From NCBI GenBank assembly GCA_024407725.1, contig JAKSVZ010000003.1, positions 43,557 through 75,556 of the forward strand: DNA of 32,000 bases, in the 5' to 3' direction. Of the stretch, positions 29,266 through 32,000 are shown piece after piece (positions within the stretch are counted from its first letter, which is position 1; each line of letters opens with the position of its first letter). Origin of the DNA: Opitutales bacterium (GTDB lineage Bacteria > Verrucomicrobiota > Verrucomicrobiia > Opitutales > UBA9783). Below the pieces are notes generated by a model. That model was not told the DNA's origin, searched no databases, and saw nothing but the letters and a program-made list of their open reading frames with translations. The position numbers and the translations under genes were made by a program.

Positions 29266-30024
29266 GTGATTATGGCTTCGTATAGTATTGCAATTCCGGC
29301 TCGTTTAGCATCCACGCGCTTACCGGGGAAAATGTTAGCTCTGTTGGGAGGAAAACCCGTTGTCCAGTGGGTGATTGAACGGGCATTGAAGGTTAGAAAT
29401 TGTCAGGCTGTGTATGTGCTGACCGACAGCGAATCCGTTGTCCAGTTGGCTCAATCGTTAGGAGCCACAGGGCTTATGACTGACCCCGCTTGCCGCTGCG
29501 GGACAGAACGGATTGCATCGGCGTTGGATCGTATTAAGACTGATTGGGTGATCAATGTGCAGGGAGACGAGCCCTTTGCGGATACTCAGTTTTTGGAGCA
29601 GATGATTGATTATATCCCATCGATTGATGCGGATCTTTTAACGCCGGTCTATCGGTTAACATCGTTAGAGGATATCCAAAATCCGAATATTGTTAAGGTT
29701 GTGTGTGATGTCAAACAATGCGCACTGTATTTTTCGCGCAGCCCGATTCCTTATGTACGCGATACCGATCCATCGCAATGGTTAACCCGCAGTACCTTCT
29801 GGGGACATTGTGGGGTTTACGCTTACCGTCGGGATGTTTTGCAAGCTTATACGCACTTAACACCGCATCCATTAGAACAAGCGGAATCGTTGGAACAATT
29901 GCGTTTTATTGCCAATGGTTATCGCATAGCCACGTTGGAAACCAAAGGACGTTCAATTGCTATTGATACAGCGGCAGATTTAGCCTTGGCCGAACGCTGG
30001 ATTCACACGCATCCAGAAGTTTAA
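29266..30024 (+). CDS. kdsB: 3-deoxy-manno-octulosonate cytidylyltransferase (CMP-Kdo synthetase)
   Basis: It has IAIPARLASTRLPGKML and NVQGDEPF, the KdsB signatures. The start is either the GTG at 29266 or the ATG at 29272. Confidence 0.92.
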   Translation: MIMASYSIAIPARLASTRLPGKMLALLGGKPVVQWVIERALKVRNCQAVYVLTDSESVVQLAQSLGATGLMTDPACRCGTERIASALDRIKTDWVINVQGDEPFADTQFLEQMIDYIPSIDADLLTPVYRLTSLEDIQNPNIVKVVCDVKQCALYFSRSPIPYVRDTDPSQWLTRSTFWGHCGVYAYRRDVLQAYTHLTPHPLEQAESLEQLRFIANGYRIATLETKGRSIAIDTAADLALAERWIHTHPEV

Positions 30025-30132
30025 TCGTATTGGAGTATTTTTGGGAATAGATCTCGTGGGTGGAGCTTGTTCGACTGAACCCAATGGATGAATTTTTAAT
30101 TAAGGCGTTATGGATTGTCTTTTAAAAAAGGA

Positions 30133-30161
30133 TTGACATAGTTTTAGCATTTATATATAAA
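30133..30161 (+). promoter_or_regulatory. Sigma-70-type promoter P1 (TTGACA-17-TATAAA) overlapped by a 20-bp perfect palindrome
   Basis: The -35 is TTGACA at 30133-30138, the spacer is 17 nt, and the -10 is TATAAA at 30156-30161. The palindrome agcatttatatataaatgct spans 30146-30165. Confidence 0.55.
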
Positions 30162-30167
30162 TGCTTT

Positions 30168-30270
30168 ATTGCAGTTGAAGTATTAATTTCATCAAAAAAA
30201 TTTTATCATAAAAATCTTAAATAGCAAGTAAAAAATGTCCCCTATGTTTTAGGGGATGCATTATTTTCAA
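30168..30270 (+). ncRNA. Candidate small RNA 1 (about 100 nt), paralogous to candidate 2
   Basis: It runs from the predicted P1 start site to the hairpin tccccta-tgttt-tagggga (30239-30257), which is extended by atg/cat and followed by tattttc. The conserved motif gcaagtaaaaaatg lies at 30225-30238. It contains no credible ORF. Confidence 0.35.
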
Positions 30271-30317
30271 CCATTTAAAGATAAATGTGACAAGGGGACA
30301 GTAAAGGGAGAAAAACC

Positions 30318-30346
30318 TTGACGATTATATACTAAGGTTTTATAAT
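30318..30346 (+). promoter_or_regulatory. Sigma-70-type promoter P2 (TTGACG-17-TATAAT)
   Basis: The -35 is TTGACG at 30318-30323, the spacer is 17 nt, and the -10 is a consensus TATAAT at 30341-30346. Confidence 0.55.
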
Positions 30347-30352
30347 TTTAAT

Positions 30353-30465
30353 ATTAGTGGCTCCAAACCACTGCTAAACAAGAGCACTTTAACACGAAAG
30401 AAGTTCTTTTGCAAGTAAAAAGTGCTCCCTATGACTATGAATAGGGAAGGTTTCTTATTTTAGGA
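30353..30465 (+). ncRNA. Candidate small RNA 2 (about 110 nt), paralogous to candidate 1
   Basis: Its hairpins are gtgg-ctccaaa-ccac, a long stem gagcacttt...aaagtgctc, and a terminal tccctat-gactatga-ataggga (30426-30447) followed by the U-rich gtttcttatttt. The conserved motif gcaagtaaaaagtg lies at 30411-30424, 93 nt from the -35. In module 1 the same distance is 92 nt. Confidence 0.35.
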
Positions 30466-30509
30466 AACAGCTTCAATTAAAGAATCTAATAGAGTATTAA
30501 AATTTTAAA

Positions 30510-30607
30510 GCAACCAGGCACTCTACGGCACAAGCGTTTTTGACTACCGTTGCTGCATTCCTGCCCTGGCGGGGTTCACAAACCCACCTTGCATAGAACC
30601 CAGTTGC
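30510..30607 (-). ncRNA. ffs: Signal recognition particle RNA (4.5S / small bacterial SRP RNA)
   Basis: The minus strand reads GCAACUGGG...CCGC-CAGG-GCA-GGAA-UGC-AGCA-ACGG...CCUGGUUGC. It contains the domain IV signature: a CAGG/AGCA symmetric loop flanking a 3-bp stem capped by a GGAA tetraloop (30558-30561). It is closed by a 9-bp terminal helix (30599-30607 with 30510-18), and inner helices CUAUG/CGUAG and GUUUG/CAAAAAC pair by hand. The hairpin is about 98 nt. Confidence 0.7.
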
Positions 30608-30613
30608 AAAGCA

Positions 30614-30643
30614 ATCATAGCATCTTAGTTTTTGGTTAATCAA
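30614..30643 (-). promoter_or_regulatory. Putative promoter of the SRP RNA gene (TTGATT-18-TATGAT)
   Basis: On the minus strand the -35 is TTGATT (30643-30638), the spacer is 18 nt, and the -10 is TATGAT (30619-30614). The -10 ends 6 nt before the first base of the terminal helix. Confidence 0.45.
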
Positions 30644-30725
30644 GGAAGAATTAAGGGTTTAAAGCTAAAATTGCTTTACTTTTGGGGTTGTCCATTGAGA
30701 TGAATCTTCATTGTATAGAGACAGT

Positions 30726-32000
30726 ATGGATAAAACAGGTATTACTCCGACCCGTAAGGAAAATTATGCTGAATGGTATCAGCAGGTGATTCGCGCAGCT
30801 GATTTAGCGGAAAACGCTCCCGTTCGTGGGTGCATGATTATTAAACCCAATGGGTATCAATTGTGGGAAACGTTACAGCACAAGTTTGATCAAGCGTTTA
30901 AAGCAACGGGGCACGTTAATGCCTACTTTCCGTTATTTATTCCGGTTCGTTTTTTGCAAAAAGAAGCAGAGCATGTAGCAGGATTTGCAAAAGAATGCGC
31001 CGTTGTAACCCATTCGCGTTTGCAAGCCAATGAACAGGGTGTGTTGGAGCCTGCATCACCGCTAGAAGAACCTTTGATTGTACGTCCTACGTCAGAAACC
31101 ATTATTGGAGAAGCTTTTTCGCGTTGGGTACAATCGTACCGTGATTTACCTTTGTTGATCAATCAATGGGCTAATGTGGTACGTTGGGAAATGCGTACGC
31201 GTTTGTTCTTACGGACATCCGAATTTTTGTGGCAAGAAGGGCATACGGCTCATTCAACCGCAGAAGAAGCGCGCCAAGAAACCTTACAGATGCTCGAAAT
31301 TTATCGTAGGATTATTGAAGAAGATTTGGCGATTCCGGCGGTTGTGGGCGAAAAGACTGCCAGCGAACGCTTTCCGGGTGCCTTAGCGACCTATACCTTG
31401 GAAGGCATGATGCAAGACCGCAAGGCGTTACAGTTGGGGACTTCGCACTTTTTAGGGCAAAATTTTGCTAAAGCGATGAACATTCAATTTGTGGATGTCG
31501 ATGGCAAATCGCAGTATGCATGGACAACCTCATGGGGAGTAACGACCCGCCTCATTGGAGCCTTGGTGATGGTGCATTCAGATGATAACGGTCTTGTGTT
31601 GCCTCCAAAAGTTGCCAATGTACAGGCGGTTATTATGCCGATTGTTCATGACGAAGCGCAACGTGGGCAGATTGAGGCTTATTGCGATCAATTACAGCGC
31701 CAATTGCAGGCGAATGACCTAAGGATATCGGTTGATAAACGCGCTATGCGTGGAGGCGAAAAACGGTGGCAGTGGATCAAACGCGGCGCGTGTTGCCTCG
31801 TCGAAATCGGAATGAAGGAAATGGAATCGCAATCAGTCACGCTCAGTTGGCGGGATACGTTACAAAAAGAAAACCTTTCGTTAACGCAATGCGTAGCAAC
31901 GTTTGCGGATGGGTTGAAGGCAATGCAACAACGGTTGTTTGAGCGCGCGAAAAGCACTCGCGAAGCAGCAACGCAGCGGATTTCGAGCGTAGCGGATTTC
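30726..32000 (+). CDS. proS: Prolyl-tRNA synthetase (archaeal/eukaryote-like class IIa type), 3'-truncated by window edge
   Basis: It is not in the supplied ORF track because it has no stop codon in the window. I translated it by hand from the ATG at 30726 and it is open for 425 codons to position 32000. Motifs include MDKTGITPTRKENYAEWYQQVIRAADLAE, NAYFPLFIP, VRPTSET, VVRWEMRTRLFLRTSEFLWQEGHTAH and HSDDNGLVLPPKVA. Confidence 0.93.
   Translation, partial: MDKTGITPTRKENYAEWYQQVIRAADLAENAPVRGCMIIKPNGYQLWETLQHKFDQAFKATGHVNAYFPLFIPVRFLQKEAEHVAGFAKECAVVTHSRLQANEQGVLEPASPLEEPLIVRPTSETIIGEAFSRWVQSYRDLPLLINQWANVVRWEMRTRLFLRTSEFLWQEGHTAHSTAEEARQETLQMLEIYRRIIEEDLAIPAVVGEKTASERFPGALATYTLEGMMQDRKALQLGTSHFLGQNFAKAMNIQFVDVDGKSQYAWTTSWGVTTRLIGALVMVHSDDNGLVLPPKVANVQAVIMPIVHDEAQRGQIEAYCDQLQRQLQANDLRISVDKRAMRGGEKRWQWIKRGACCLVEIGMKEMESQSVTLSWRDTLQKENLSLTQCVATFADGLKAMQQRLFERAKSTREAATQRISSVADF

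Noticed and set aside
30102-30110. A 9-nt match (taaggcgtt) between the kdsB-downstream spacer and the OMP leader repeat unit.
   Set aside because: A single 9-mer coincidence is roughly what chance predicts in 64 kb of two-strand sequence. The flanking bases do not match.
30571-30590. A GGGGTTCACAAACCC segment resembling a tRNA or tmRNA T-arm.
   Set aside because: It has no acceptor stem, anticodon arm or CCA context. The segment is better explained as part of the 5' arm of the SRP RNA hairpin on the opposite strand.
30608-30725. A T-box or other riboswitch leader upstream of proS, and a glmS ribozyme upstream of glmS (26544-26606).
   Set aside because: I saw no specifier-loop or T-box consensus (AGGGUGGNACCGCG-like), and the proS leader region is short and AT-rich. 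The glmS upstream spacer is only about 63 bp and is shared with the divergent glgC, which is far too short for the ribozyme.
30923-31957. Three track ORFs (30923-31162 minus, 31174-31386 plus, 31688-31957 minus) in a region where the track shows no long gene.
   Set aside because: All lie inside the hand-translated proS reading frame (30726 to the window end), which carries unmistakable ProRS motifs. The real gene is missing from the track only because it has no stop codon in the window.

Overview
The window is a gene-dense chromosomal segment, mostly housekeeping and envelope genes. I saw no mobile elements, CRISPR arrays or recognisable defence genes. The gene set points to a Chlamydiota-like obligate intracellular bacterium; this is an inference from gene content, not a search result. 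It includes T3SS export-apparatus genes sctT and sctU (NPTH autocleavage motif), an NTT-type ADP/ATP translocase, glgA/glgC, kdsB and an RsbV-like STAS protein.

Gene order:
- sctT (partial), sctU, nrdD, nrdG and two tandem PAP2-like membrane paralogs
- hemW, a lipoprotein, glgA and two hypotheticals
- a nucleotidyltransferase and a GT2 glycosyltransferase that overlap, STAS, an LptE-like lipoprotein, rpe and a beta-barrel OMP
- NTT, a YbgC-type thioesterase and a complete F-type ATPase operon atpBEFHAGDC preceded by a CPBP protease gene
- tRNA-Val(GAC), glgC, glmS, a NIF3-family gene and kdsB
- a 700-bp AT-rich non-coding region, then proS (open to the window end and missing from the ORF track)

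Main observations:
1. The ATPase c subunit has Gln at the position of the essential ion-binding Glu/Asp, and its helix 2 is short and polar.
2. NrdD carries a C-terminal NrdH-like CVKC redoxin domain.
3. Four phased CCTTATAAGG palindromes (15-bp period) abut the OMP start codon.
4. The kdsB-proS gap holds an SRP (4.5S) RNA on the minus strand and two tandem promoter-plus-hairpin modules that look like paralogous small RNAs.

Several ORF-track starts are TTG extensions and have been trimmed to ATG.
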